Positions 33,914 to 46,039 of a stretch of 64,000 bases of DNA are shown here, piece by piece. Numbering within the stretch: position 1 is the stretch's first letter; every line of letters starts with the position of its first letter. Origin of the DNA: an uncultured Nitrososphaeraceae archaeon (GTDB taxonomy: Archaea; Thermoproteota; Nitrososphaeria; Nitrososphaerales; Nitrososphaeraceae); the NCBI GenBank assembly GCA_963779615.1, contig CAVZZA010000004.1, forward strand, positions 282,399 through 346,398. Direction: 5' to 3'. The notes under the pieces were generated by a model. That model did not search any database. It saw nothing but the letters and a program-made list of their open reading frames with translations, and was not told the DNA's origin. The translations under genes were made by a program, and so were the position numbers.

Positions 33914-35107
33914 ATGAAATATTATTTATTGGGCAAAAGTGGACTAAGGGTCTCTGAGTTGTGCCTTGGGACCATGACATTTGGTGAGGAATGGGGATGG
34001 GGTTCCTCAAAAGAGGAATCGCATAAAATATTTAATGCATATGTAGAGGCAGGGGGAAATTTCATAGATACAGCCAACAAATACACCGAGGGCACCAGCG
34101 AAAAGTACATTGGCGAATTCATCTCATCAGATAGGGACCGATTTGTTTTAGCCACCAAATACACATCAAATACAAGAAGAGGAGACCCCAATGCAGGCGG
34201 AAATCATCGCAAAAACATGGTTCAATCCCTGGAGGCAAGCTTACGCCGATTGAACACAGACTACATTGACCTGTATTGGGTGCATGCCTGGGACCCATTA
34301 ACACCTGTCGAGGAACTGATGCGTGCATTGGATGATATGGTGAAAGCAGGTAAGATCCTTTATGCGGGTATCTCCGATGCTCCCGCATGGGTAGTTTCAC
34401 AGGCTAATACTCTTGCAAATTCAAGAGGATGGACAGAATTTTCAGGTTTGCAAATCGAATATAGCCTAGTCGAAAGAACCCCAGAGCGAGAATTATTGCC
34501 CATGGCTAATTCCCTAGACATTGGTGTAACTGCATGGTCTCCATTAGGAAACGGAATTCTTACAGGCAAGTACAACAAACTGATAGCACGCAGCAGCAGC
34601 AGCTAACAACAACCAAAACCACAAAATGGGCAATCACCATCAACCTCACCAACCGCAAAAGTTAACGGGGATGTTGGCAATAGCGATGATAGCAGCACTC
34701 GACTGAACACGCTTAAATCCATGTCTCCTGAATTGGTAACAAAATTACTCACAGTTAAAAATATGATTATTACAGAAGAGGTCATTAAAGTGGCCAATGA
34801 CACGGGTCACAGTCCGTCGCAAGTTGCTTTGAATTGGATAAGGCAACAACATGACATAACACCGAATCAGAAAAACAGAATAATACCCATCATTGGAGCA
34901 AGAAAAGAATCGCAGATAATTGACAACATGACTAGCCTAGAATTTGAACTCTCAAACGAGAACTTGAAAAGGTTGAACAAAGTAAGCAAGATAGAACTGG
35001 GTTTCCCTCATGATTTCCTAAACTCTAAAATGATAATTGATATAATTTATGATGGGACAAAAATATACGATCACAGAAACAAAAAAGAATACTCACTGCC
35101 AGAATAG
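33914..35107 (+). CDS. Aldo/keto reductase interrupted by in-frame TAA at 34604-34606
   Basis: LGKSGLRVSELCLGTMTFG, FIDTANKY, LATKY, IDLYWVH, WSPLGNG; downstream ORF 34721-35107 (SQVALNW, PIIGARK, LGFPHDF) is in the same frame. Confidence 0.85.
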
Positions 35108-35546
35108 GTAAACTATAGACACAAAAAGAAATGGCAGGGAAACCGATAAGCAAACCGCCAGTAAATACACTTCTTTCTGAACATAACAAACTACTACTGT
35201 TCACAAGTTGACGGTATCCTTTTGGATCCGCACATGCATAATGACTTTGGCTAGTAGGCTTGTTTGCCTTTGAGAGATTTACTCGTCCATGATGCAATTT
35301 TTCTCTTGTTTATGTTGAGGATAATACAAAAAGAGAAACGCGTCCAACCGTATTTGACATAAAAATCACCTTTTGATGGTTCTTGATTGTTGTCGAAACA
35401 ATTTTTCATCTAACATGCAAGCATTATGCAGACAATTTAATAATATCAAGCATAAGTTTTAGTAATGCCTAAAATTGAAGTCACAAAAGAAGATTTGGCA
35501 ATTCTCAATAAAACAGCCCAAACATTGAACTTGGCAAAAGAGGCTG

Positions 35547-37174
35547 TTGATATCGGCGATAAGCAAAAAGAATTGTTTAACTGCATGCAATAAGGACCTT
35601 GATATTTTGCAGACTAGATTGCACAGCCAACTGAACAAAGCGTTCCAGAGTCGCATTGAATCAGACAGTATGGGCGAGATCAAAGTGCCTGCCGATAGAT
35701 ACTGGGCTGCCCAAACTCAACGCTCCCTTCATCATTTTTCTATTGGCAAGGATCTTATGCCCATCGAGGTAATACACGCACTGGCCCTAATAAAAAAATG
35801 CGCCGCAGTCATCAATTCTTTGCATAAAAAAAACAATGGAGATGTTGAAATGCTCTCAAAAGATAAAGCTGACGCGATTGTAAAAGCTGCTGATGAGGTG
35901 CTCTCGGGCCTGCTTGATAGGAAATTTTCCCCTGTATGTATGGCAAACAGGTTCGGGTACACAAACCAACATGAATGTCAATGAGGTTATTGCTAATCGT
36001 GCAAATGAAATTTCACAAATATCCATACATCCAAATGATGACGTGAACATGTCGCAATCCTCAAATGATGCATTTCCTACAGCTATGCATATTGCAGCTG
36101 CTATAGAGATTGCAGGTAGTCCACATGTTTCATTAAGACCATCAAAAACCAATCCTGCCACTACCTTTATGTATGATGACGATGGCTTCAACGGCCACTC
36201 CACAACAAGAAAACCATTGCTTCATAGCATAATAAAACTACGTAATGCTTTGGATAAAAAGGCTAATGACTATAAGGACCTGATCAAGATTGGTCTGTAC
36301 ACATCTGCAAGACGCCGTTCCCCTAACATTTGGTCAAGAGGTTTCAGGCTGGGTCGCTCAGCTTGACATTTGCTACAAATACATTGAACAATCCCTAGAA
36401 GGGGCATATGATCTTGCCATTGGAGGTACTGCAGTGGGCACCGGCTTGGAGTCTTTCAATGCATTTGGTGAAGAAATGGCATCACAGATTGCAAAGGAAA
36501 CAGGCATGCCCTTTAGATCGGCCCCCAATAAATTTGCTGCATTGGCAAGCCACGATCCTATCGTCCACATCAGTGGAGCACTAAAGACCCTGGCCTGCAC
36601 CCTTATGAAGATTGCAAACGATATTCGTTGGCTAGCATCGGGTCCTCGTTGTGGGATTGGCGAAATACTACTTCCACAAAAGGAGCCAGGCTCATCAATA
36701 ATGCCAGGTAAGGTCAACCCAACTCAATGCGAGGCGATGACCATGGTGTGTTGCCAGGTAATAGGAAATGATGTCACAATAGGAATGGCCGGATCTCAAG
36801 GCAACTTTGAGCTTAATGTCTTTAAACCTGTAATAATATTCAATTTGTTGCATTCAATACAAACTCTGTCGGATGTATGCAACACCTTTTGCGATTTCTG
36901 TGTTAACGACATAGAGTATCAGGAAAATGAAGGCAAAGGTCCAAAAGGAATGGAGCCAAATGTTGATCATATGAGCGAACTTGTGGCAAATTCACTAATG
37001 CTGGTGACTGCGCTAAAATCTAGGATTGGCTATGACAAGGCCGCCAAGATAGCAAAGAAGGCATACGAAGAAAGAATCACGCTTCGCCAGGCAGGCATTC
37101 AATTGGGATATCTATCCGAGGAGGAATACGATGCATATGTCAATCCATTGGATATGATTCACCCTAAACTGTAA
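35547..37174 (+). CDS. fumC: Class II fumarate hydratase, split by two frameshifts
   Basis: [77 protein letters not shown]; start uncertain. Confidence 0.93.
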
Positions 37175-37720
37175 ACGATGTGTTTTGGTATTGGCTGATT
37201 ATGAGTATATATGATGATCATCCTTTGACACATTATTCAAGAAATGGACCCCTCCTCTCATTTTTTAATTTTGGCGTTGATGGTAAAAAGAAGGCGAAGA
37301 GATGAAAAAAAAGAGAGAGAGAAAACATAGACAGTAAAGGCAATTTTATTGCATTTTTTACAATTTGCAAAGGACACTTACAACGAATATATGATAATAT
37401 GATATAGCCACCCTCCCCCCACTAGCAAAAACTCTTTTGCATCAAAAGCATAATGCAACATCATTAATTACTCAAATTTTGCCGCAATAACGATTTATAT
37501 CAATATCCGCAGAACCAAGATACAATCAGTTTTAAGAAACCGGGTAATTTTCCCCACTAGGATATCTGAGATGATCAGGATTCGTTGTCTATATACTAGA
37601 GCAGCATAACGAAACAACTGAGATGATTGACGTAAATAATATGACATTATATGTTAACAATATAATCAAATATAAGAGATGGTTTCATTTTAATAAAATA
37701 ATATTAGTGATAAAATCGCC

Positions 37721-38548
37721 ATGGCCATAAAAATACGCAAAGACCCCGCATTTACCGACTTGCTGCAAAGTAACCTAAAGACAAGATATGAAAAAAGGCG
37801 AAGAAAGATAGAGGATAAGGTCCATGTCTCCGATATTTTACCCTCTTCATGTATACGAAAACAGTATTTTGGGAGAACAAACCCTGAATTGGACGAGATT
37901 TCAAGTGAATCAATACAGCACTTTATCAGGGGAGAATCAAGCGAGGCTGCAATCACCAGCCTGGCGGACATAGGTGTATCACAGATGGATTTGGAAATGG
38001 ACGGACTGATAGCCCACCCCGATATTATGAACCAGGACCTAATAATAGAACTCAAGGATACACTAAACAACAAAAGGTTGACCATCTATGACTATCAATT
38101 TAGATCATATCTCAGACAACTCCTGTATTATCTTACCATAACCGGCATAGAGAAAGGGATTATATCCATAAGATATAGCAACAGGGAGCTCAAGTGGATT
38201 AAAACTGATTCGGAGGGTAATGACTATTTCATTAGGCCCAAAAACGCTAGAGCACCGGAGATAGAGAGCTGGTCGGTATTTCTTTCAAAGGATGACATTG
38301 CCAGAGAACTGCTAAAAAACGAAATGGTCAGAAGGAAAAATCTCTTTCAAAAGTCACTACAGGAGGGGAAAGTGTCGTTATTACCAAGGCTCAAAGAGAA
38401 CATTAGGAACAGTAAATGCCCCTGGTGTAATTTCTATGACATATGCATGAGCAAAGACAATGATGAAACCAAAGAGGCCAAAGAGATGAACAAAGAGATA
38501 GATTTGCTGGATATAAACGGTTTTGTGGATTTTAAGCCTTCCATGTGA
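37721..38548 (+). CDS. Solo Cas4-like PD-(D/E)XK nuclease with probable Fe-S cluster
   Basis: HVSDILPSSCIRKQYF, AHPD, IELKD, QLLYY, C-terminal KCPWCNFYDIC (1+3 Cys pattern). Confidence 0.8.
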   Translation: MAIKIRKDPAFTDLLQSNLKTRYEKRRRKIEDKVHVSDILPSSCIRKQYFGRTNPELDEISSESIQHFIRGESSEAAITSLADIGVSQMDLEMDGLIAHPDIMNQDLIIELKDTLNNKRLTIYDYQFRSYLRQLLYYLTITGIEKGIISIRYSNRELKWIKTDSEGNDYFIRPKNARAPEIESWSVFLSKDDIARELLKNEMVRRKNLFQKSLQEGKVSLLPRLKENIRNSKCPWCNFYDICMSKDNDETKEAKEMNKEIDLLDINGFVDFKPSM

Positions 38549-39761
38549 CTTTACAATAATGGCAGAGTAGTGTCATCGGAGCAGGGCGATTCCAGAGCTC
38601 AATCCCCTTAAATTATAAAGTTAAAAAAATATTAAATAGCGAATGTGTAAAACAATTGACCTTTGAATAATGTCAACAGGAGCATTAACATAACCAGCGG
38701 CAGCATATGCCTCTGTTAAGCCAAATGGACAGTTATCGTTTAATGTTGTATTCAAATGTGTAAATAAAAATACATGATTAAAAAATATCATTTGCATACC
38801 CGGTTTCAAACACCATTTTAATGTCTGTGGTATTACCGGGGTTTTTTGAATAAGCAATGCAGACGGTACATGCAAATAGGAAAAAAATGGTTTTATAAAA
38901 AAACCATATCAGGGTTATTGTATTTCTGGCTCAACTTATCAGCATTTTAGTTTAATTTATAAAATTGTTATTTGTGAACTTTTAAAATTGCGGGTTGCGT
39001 GTGAAATCTCGATTTATTGTTCCCAATTCTTATTATGGTGGCCTACAAAAAGACTTTATGATTATTGATGGCAATATGTAATTTTTTTCTTATCATAATG
39101 ATTGGGAGCATCAAGAGTGTTTGCCTTTTTTGTGTTCAGTTTGTTTTTTGAACAAGAGAGGTACGGGTCAATACCAAGACGGCCTCCTTCCTTCTGGTGC
39201 CTTTTCTTTTTCTATTTTGAATCTTAATATGTTAAAAATGCGTGTGCCCACAACTAACACATGCTCTGAAGGCTTTTTTGCTCTGGAGGCTCCTGGTTAT
39301 GGGTTAGACAAATCAGTTTTAATCTGTTGTTGTTTTTTGTGAACAGTGCCACGCGTCTGCGAAATCCCCATAGGGGAAAATTGAGATAGTACCTTTAACC
39401 AGTTTGTATATATAAGTGTTATGTCCTAAAGGCGAATATTTGTTATATTCTGATGAGTTTTCAATCCTGTATTGAAAAACCAAAACATTTTAAATGCTAT
39501 AGTTTTAATAATATTTCAAAAAAAATGTGTACGCATTTCGATATAGAGCAACTTTGGGCTTTTCTATAAGCACAGGACACTAATGATATAGATTTCAACA
39601 AAAGCAGATTCCTGTTTGTACTATCATCACAGATACATCCTAACGTCATGATTAAACGCGCCCACTACAATCATAACATGTTGTTCGATAACATGCGCCA
39701 CGTTGAGCTAATAATCATTATTGATCCTCTAAGGAGGTGAAAATGATTTAATATGGATTGC

Positions 39762-39904
39762 TGCCTTGCTGCATGATTATTGTAAATTTTTTATTAATTG
39801 TTAGCGTTTTGGTTGTTATCCAAAGGTCAGCTAGTCATAATTTGATATGGATTGCCAGGAAAGTGGCATAGTTTTAGCTGTGTTTCGTATCATGCAACAA
39901 AGCA
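39762..39904. mobile_element. MITE-like element, copy B (143 bp)
   Basis: TIR TGCCTTGCTGCATGAT...ATCATGCAACAAAGCA; flanks TGGATTGC / CGGATTGC (7/8); interior CTAGTCATAATTTGATATGGATTGCCAGGAAAGT nearly identical to copy C. Confidence 0.78.
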
Positions 39905-39961
39905 CGGATTGCAATATTTTAGTATCGGAGAGAAGGACAATTTATTTAGGCTGAATTTCTT

Positions 39962-40675
39962 TTGTTTAATTCCATAAAAGACAAGTTTCAATTAAGGTTT
40001 AAAAATAGGGTATTTGCGGCCAACATATTAGCTGGCGCGATACAGGACAGGCTAAAGGAAGAGAAAACTGATGTTAACAAAAATAATTTGCTTGTGTTAG
40101 GAATCCCCAGAGGGGGAGTTATAGTTGCAGACATTATAGCGTCAAAGATCGGTGGATGTGACTTTGATATCATAATTCCAAGAAAACTAACAGCTCCTCA
40201 CAATAACGAACTTGCTATCGGCGCCATAATGGAAGATGGGACGACTTACCTGAATGACGATTTGGTAAGAGATTTGGAAATAAGTCAGGAATATGTAGGA
40301 AGAGAAAAGGCAAATCAAATTTCAGAAATCAGGCGCCGCAATTTTATTTACGGTTGCGGACTATATGGGGAAGCCATTAAGGAAAGAACAAACAAGGTAA
40401 TTCTAGTTGACGATGGTGCGGCAACAGGTGCTACACTAATCGCAGCATCTAGATGGATAAAGAAAAAATCACCCAAATCAAGTCTGATGATTGGGCTTCC
40501 GGTCGCGCCAAAAAAAACTGTTGAACTGTTGCAGAAAGAATGCGATTGTGTAGAGGTCGCAAGTGCAATCTCTACTAGTTTCGGGGCGGTAGCAAAATAC
40601 TATCAGGACTTTAGACAGGTTACGGATGAGGAGGTCATAGAAATCTGCAAAAAAAGAAAAAAAATGCAAGAATAG
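39962..40675 (+). CDS. Phosphoribosyltransferase family protein
   Basis: FKNRVFAA, LGIPRGGV, RKLTAP..ELAIGA, PRPP motif VILVDDGAATGAT, YYQDFRQVTDEEV. Confidence 0.9.
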   Translation: MFNSIKDKFQLRFKNRVFAANILAGAIQDRLKEEKTDVNKNNLLVLGIPRGGVIVADIIASKIGGCDFDIIIPRKLTAPHNNELAIGAIMEDGTTYLNDDLVRDLEISQEYVGREKANQISEIRRRNFIYGCGLYGEAIKERTNKVILVDDGAATGATLIAASRWIKKKSPKSSLMIGLPVAPKKTVELLQKECDCVEVASAISTSFGAVAKYYQDFRQVTDEEVIEICKKRKKMQE

Positions 40676-41044
40676 TGATGCATTTGATTTTGTGTTATGG
40701 GTGAAAGGATTGCTAAGGATGGAACAAGTCTTCAACAATTATTTTTCATGTCATAAATCCTAAACCAAAAAGTAATCCCAATAACAATTCATTTAGGGAA
40801 AAAATGCGTTCACAATAGAGTAAATTAACGCCAACAAATTTACGATTCCAGATAAACACCTATTGTAAAGACGATGGTGCAGCATGGCACAGACATCTCA
40901 ATGGGGAGAAAGAACGGCCAAAGGAGGAGAAAAACCTGAGCAATAATCTATCTGTAAAACAAGTGGCTAAACCTTTGGACAAAGACTATATCGCCAAAAA
41001 ACATTTGGACACAAATCAAAGTTATAGAACACGTATGAAAATAA

Positions 41045-41233
41045 TTAATTTTTTGTTGGTCTGTACCAGTAAATGATATTGTCCTTTTTACATGAAGCAC
41101 ATTTTACGCTCATAGGCACTACATCTGTTATACTTTCCCTATTTATGCGGTCAGCCTCTGTGTGTACAGAATCTGGGACTACTGCGGATAAAAACCGGCC
41201 ACAATAGGTACAGCCAAAGCTTTCAACTGACAC
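41045..41233 (-). CDS. Small zinc-ribbon protein
   Basis: 62 aa with CTYC and CASC pairs. Confidence 0.65.
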   Translation of the reverse strand: MSVESFGCTYCGRFLSAVVPDSVHTEADRINRESITDVVPMSVKCASCKKDNIIYWYRPTKN

Positions 41234-42238
41234 ATATACGGTTTTTTTGAACTATTATCTAAGCTTTTCTGAAAATTTAGGTTCAAGCCAACCAACCAAA
41301 CCAAACCAACCTAACAGAACCCAATTTTTTCCTTTCCTGTTCGCCTTGTCGTTTACTATCTAAAAAGCTGTTTTTATAAACGGTTTTCTCATGGTGTCCT
41401 GTATTTTTGTTCTAACCGCATCATGCTTGTTAACCTTGTTCCCTACCAGGTGTACTTTTGAATGTTATTATTTGATCCTGATTTAACAGGTTTGCAGTTA
41501 ACATAGCTCTCCCCATCTTTTGTGCTTTTGTTAATACAAGGAATCAGCATTGATTTTGCCAATTTACACCATAATGAGTTTTTCCAGCCGTAAGGTGCTT
41601 TAACATTTTATTTGAAAAGGAAAATGTTTTAATATTATTCTAGCAGCATTCACTCTAAAAAAAGCAGGTCCAAAGTAAACCCTGTTTGTCAAACACCAGG
41701 AGGGCTGGCACACTGCCATTATTTTTTTTACAGCCTTGAGGAAAAGCACACCAATTCTTTGACACAATTTTTAAGGCTTGAATATGCGTTATCGGTCGTT
41801 TAATAAAAAGAGGTTTTTGGCATGGCAGTATCTATTTTTTTAATATATCTTTTTTTTACAAAAGAGCTGGAAATTGACAGTAATAAAAATTAGATAGGAG
41901 GGGAAGCGAAAGGAGAAACTCTCAAGAAAAAAATAAAAAACTGAAGTACATCGTTCTTTCTACTCTTTTGCGACAGGAAAAGCCTGTTCTCAGCTAAAAA
42001 AGGGGTGACATTTAATGAATGGTACAGGGTCCTGTTTCAGGGAAAAAAAAATAAATGTAGGCCAAAACTTGCTTCCAAGTTGGCAAATCATCAAAAACAA
42101 AGCATGACCGATAAGAAGGACAATATAAGACAATAAATTAACGATGTTTTTTTTATTTATTGAGATGTTTCACAATTTACCCGTAATCAATATGAATAGT
42201 TTAGCCAATCAGTTGTATTTTCATATACACATTCATAC

Positions 42239-43690
42239 TTGGGAATGAACAATAAACTACCAGTAAAGAAAAGGATTGTCATATTCTCATCATTTATTTT
42301 AATTGTAATCGTTATTTCTTTTTTCATGTATTCATATATTCCCATGATCTCTGTGTTTGTAAATACTAATTTCCATACTGGTCCTTTTGTGTCGAATCCA
42401 GAAGACTATAAATTGAATATAAGTCCATATGTAGAGGGGCTATCGTTTCCAACAAGTATGACATTCATTGATAGTGAGACCATCATGGCGTTAGAAAAGG
42501 ATGGTAATGTTCGCCTGATTTCCAAAGGGGTTTTACAAAAACAGCCCATTCTTAAAGTGGATGTTGATATGGAGGCAGAACGCGGATTGCTGGGAATAGC
42601 AAAATTAAAAAAAAATACTGACACAAATAAAACAAATCTAACCAATAATAACAAAATTAACAATGCATCAAAGCCAACAAAATCTGAACCCAATCAAGAA
42701 ATGCCAAACTATTCTGTTTATTTATATTTGACAGAGAAAATAAATAATTCCAATGATGGCGATGATGATGATGATGATAACGACAATCAAACAACCCGGA
42801 ATAGAATCTATGAATACTCATGGGATGGAAAAACCGCCCTAACAAAGCCTGTTCTTTTGCTGGACCTGCCCGCTGAACTAGGGCCATATCACAATGGAGG
42901 AAAACTAAAGATAGGCCCTGATAAACAGCTTTATGCGGTTATTGGTGATCTTGTCACCATAAACAATACTTTACAGAATCGCCCAAGTGCGGATAATCAT
43001 ACTGACATACCTAACAACTCATCAGTCATTTTTCGGATCGATCCTTCCGGCGACTCTATTCCAAAAGACAATCCGTTCTACAAAAATTACTATAAAGACG
43101 GCAATCTTAAAACATTAGTCTATTACTATGCATATGGAATAAGAAACAGTTTTGGGTTAGATTTTGATCCGGTAACTGCAAAGTTATGGGATACTGAAAA
43201 CGGCGAGGATAAATATGATGAGATCAATTTAGTTGAACCGGGGTTTAACAGCGGATGGCATAAGTTGATGGGCCCATTGGCAAGGAATGGCGAATTTAAA
43301 ATATCGGATCTTGTAATGTTTAATGGTTCGCATTATGCAGACCCCGTTTTTAGTTGGCGCATTCCAATTGGTGTTACTGATATAGAATTCTTCAATTCTT
43401 CAGCGTTGGGAAAAAAGTACAGCAACAATGTATTTGTGGGCGATATCAACAATGGCAACCTGTATTTCTTTAAAGTAAACGCTAGCCGTTCCGGAATGGA
43501 TACTAATACGGTTGAAACAGATAAAAAAGAGGAGATGTTTGCCGACAAAGTATCTGATAATCAAGCTGAATCAAATAAATTTACCATTGCAAAAGGTTTT
43601 GATGGAAGAATAACCGACATTGAAACGGGACCAGATGGGTATCTGTACGTACTGACATATTTTGATGGCAAAATATACAGGGTATCATAG
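42239..43690 (+). CDS. PQQ-dependent sugar (glucose/sorbosone) dehydrogenase family protein
   Basis: GLSFPTSM, ERGLLGIA, HNGGKLKIGPD, YAYGIRNSFGLDFDP, DEINLVEPGFNSGW, ITDIETGPDG; N-terminal TM. Confidence 0.92.
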   Translation: MGMNNKLPVKKRIVIFSSFILIVIVISFFMYSYIPMISVFVNTNFHTGPFVSNPEDYKLNISPYVEGLSFPTSMTFIDSETIMALEKDGNVRLISKGVLQKQPILKVDVDMEAERGLLGIAKLKKNTDTNKTNLTNNNKINNASKPTKSEPNQEMPNYSVYLYLTEKINNSNDGDDDDDDNDNQTTRNRIYEYSWDGKTALTKPVLLLDLPAELGPYHNGGKLKIGPDKQLYAVIGDLVTINNTLQNRPSADNHTDIPNNSSVIFRIDPSGDSIPKDNPFYKNYYKDGNLKTLVYYYAYGIRNSFGLDFDPVTAKLWDTENGEDKYDEINLVEPGFNSGWHKLMGPLARNGEFKISDLVMFNGSHYADPVFSWRIPIGVTDIEFFNSSALGKKYSNNVFVGDINNGNLYFFKVNASRSGMDTNTVETDKKEEMFADKVSDNQAESNKFTIAKGFDGRITDIETGPDGYLYVLTYFDGKIYRVS

Positions 43691-44122
43691 TTACCCACCT
43701 ATTTTATGCAATTTGGAAAAATGGAATATTGTTTTAGAACATGAAATTTTGAGATTTAGAGACAAATAAAGATCACAAAAAGTTGACTATTGTTTCACTC
43801 TCTGGATTGGCCTTGTGGTTTATCCTGATAATCAGGGGAAAAAAGTACATATCACCAATCGATTGCATATTGCCTTTGTTGCGACTTGCTAACCCGGTAT
43901 ACTTGTGATGTAAGGTGATAGGGTTTATTGCCATTAGTTTGTTTTCTCTCGAGTTTTAAAAAAAACGGATTTCTTAAATTGAAATATTCCCGTTTGTACT
44001 TTTGATTATGCAAAAGTGAATAAACGAACACTGATTAAAAATATCGCATTTGCGGTACATACACGCTGGCACTACTGTTGGCTTGACAATATAGCAGTAT
44101 TTCTAATATTAGATAGGGAGAA

Positions 44123-44420
44123 ATGGCAAAGCTTGGTACAGAACCTACCAGGAATTCTCCAAATGCTTCTTTTGTTGCCGCTTATTTATTAAAAATTGAT
44201 CACGTATACCTTAGGGTATCAAACTTAAAAAAGTCAATTGACTTTTATCAAGCAATACTAGGATTCAAGGTTTTGGAAAAAACCTGATGAAAATACATCT
44301 CTTCTTTCCCCTGCTGGAGCAGAGGACAAATCTTCGGTACCTTTATTTGCTTTAACAGAAATATTCAATTTTCTTGCTTCTAGGATTGTCTTTGCCTTAT
44401 CATACAATTCTTATTTTTTA
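44123..44420 (+). pseudogene. VOC/glyoxalase family relic
   Basis: ATG 44123 reads ...KIDHVYLRVSNLKKSIDFYQAILGFKVLEK then stops at 44285; only fragments follow. Confidence 0.7.
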
Positions 44421-44430
44421 GTTGTCGATA

Positions 44431-44949
44431 CTATGGGGATACAGCCTCTTTTGCCATGGTCAGGCATCTCTTTAGGTGGTCTTGTTCTTCTTTTAGTATG
44501 GAATTAACAGTGGTTGACAATTTTTTATTGTCAAAATTCTTGCTGATTGAACTCAAAACCTCATAGTGGGTTACCTCGCCTCCTTCTGCTAAACACAAAA
44601 ACTCCATTGCTTCTGATGTGTCAGGCTCCTCACCCAAATATGTTTTCATTATTTTGGTTGCCTTTTGCTCTGTTTCTTTAGCTGTCGCTTCAACTTTTTG
44701 AGTATCCAGTTTAATGTCCTTGTCTTCAGAAAGCTCAGAGACAACCTCCTGAATTTTCTCCTCATGAGAGTTTGCTTCTTTCTGGATGGATTTTGCATCA
44801 TCCTTTGAGCCTGATTTTATCAGCTTCATTGAGATTAATTCATCAACTGCTTTTTGGGCAGCTCTTTCTAGGCCTAGAATTTCGCCCAGTTTTTTCTCTA
44901 AATTTTTTATACTTTCTTTTGTTGTAGTCGCAGTTTTTGAATGTGACAT
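44431..44949 (-). CDS. Ferritin-like di-iron four-helix protein
   Basis: LGLERAAQ, EANSHE, AEGGEVTHYEVL, EEQDH (ExxH pairs); start taken at MSHSK. Confidence 0.75.
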   Translation of the reverse strand: MSHSKTATTTKESIKNLEKKLGEILGLERAAQKAVDELISMKLIKSGSKDDAKSIQKEANSHEEKIQEVVSELSEDKDIKLDTQKVEATAKETEQKATKIMKTYLGEEPDTSEAMEFLCLAEGGEVTHYEVLSSISKNFDNKKLSTTVNSILKEEQDHLKRCLTMAKEAVSP

Positions 44950-45141
44950 CTTCTCTATCGATCTGTTAAAATGGTATAAATACAAGCTATCAAATCGATT
45001 TTGAAATGGATAACTTTTTCTCCACATTTCATTGATTCAGGTAAAGAAGAATTTGTGAAACATCTATCATAACGACCATGTTTTGAGGATACCTTTTTTT
45101 GAAGTTATTCAGGTTGTACAATACAATGAGGTAATTTACTT

Positions 45142-45990
45142 CCAATTAAAAGTAAAACCATTGGGAGAACAAATGCGCCTATTGTCAATGTAATCAGCAT
45201 AATGGGAATCCTATCTTAAAGAATCTCATAAAAGATATGGGATGTCCAAACTTCGTGCTTAGCCCCACAGCAACTATTCCCGCACTTGAGCCTATCAATG
45301 TACCGTTCCCTCCCAAATCATCTTCCAGTATCAAAGCCCACCATAACGGGTTAATTTGAAATCAGGTAACAAATTTTGATGCCATATCCGGTGTGAAGAT
45401 AAGTGAATGAACCAGTGGGATCCTCATGGTTGTAAAGGGATATTGTCAACAAGGGCGCTTGCAATGCCAGATAGCCATATTATCATTATAAAAGCGAGCC
45501 AAGAATTGCCGCCAGTTATACTAATGCAAGTTTTGCCAATATCGTCAAAAGGCCTGCATGTCCTGCTATCCCCACTATAACAAACAAACCTATAAAGAAC
45601 AACAAGGTGGACCAATCAACCTCATGCAGTATTTTCTCTAAAGGAATTCTTGTTATGGCAAGCAATACAGCAGAGCCTCCTATCGCAATTATGGAGACTT
45701 CCAAATGTGTTATACCTTGAAGTGAAGATAGAGTGATAACCCCTATCAACACAATTATTGATTTTATTAGCAATACTTTGCTATGCGATACTATAGCGCC
45801 TTCATCCTTGTGCATTAGAACCTGTCCATCAAACTCCTTTTCCAGGCTTTGTCCTCCTTTTAGTTCTTTTTTGAAGACCAATCTTAACAATGGCATAGAA
45901 ATGACAAATATGATTGCCATGGTGAGACCCATATGAATTAGAAAAGAGTTAAAGTCAATTCCTACGGCTGAGCCAACAAGAATATTGGCA
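45142..45990 (-). pseudogene. ArsB/NhaD/SLC13-type ion transporter, 5'-truncated and frameshifted
   Basis: ANILVGS, VDWSTLLFFIGLF, ASALVDNIP, GGNGTLIGSSAGIVA fragments in different frames. Confidence 0.8.
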
Positions 45991-46039
45991 TCATCTTTTT
46001 AGAAGAAATCAGTCATAGCCATACTGATGGGGCATACTG

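Noticed and set aside
38621-39342. Short ORFs between the Cas4-like gene and MITE B
   Set aside because: No recognisable motifs and non-ATG starts; probably decayed sequence
43871-44018. Possible degenerate MITE copy (TGCCTTTGTTGC...TTATGCAAAAG)
   Set aside because: Right end poor, no target duplication or interior match; could be chance
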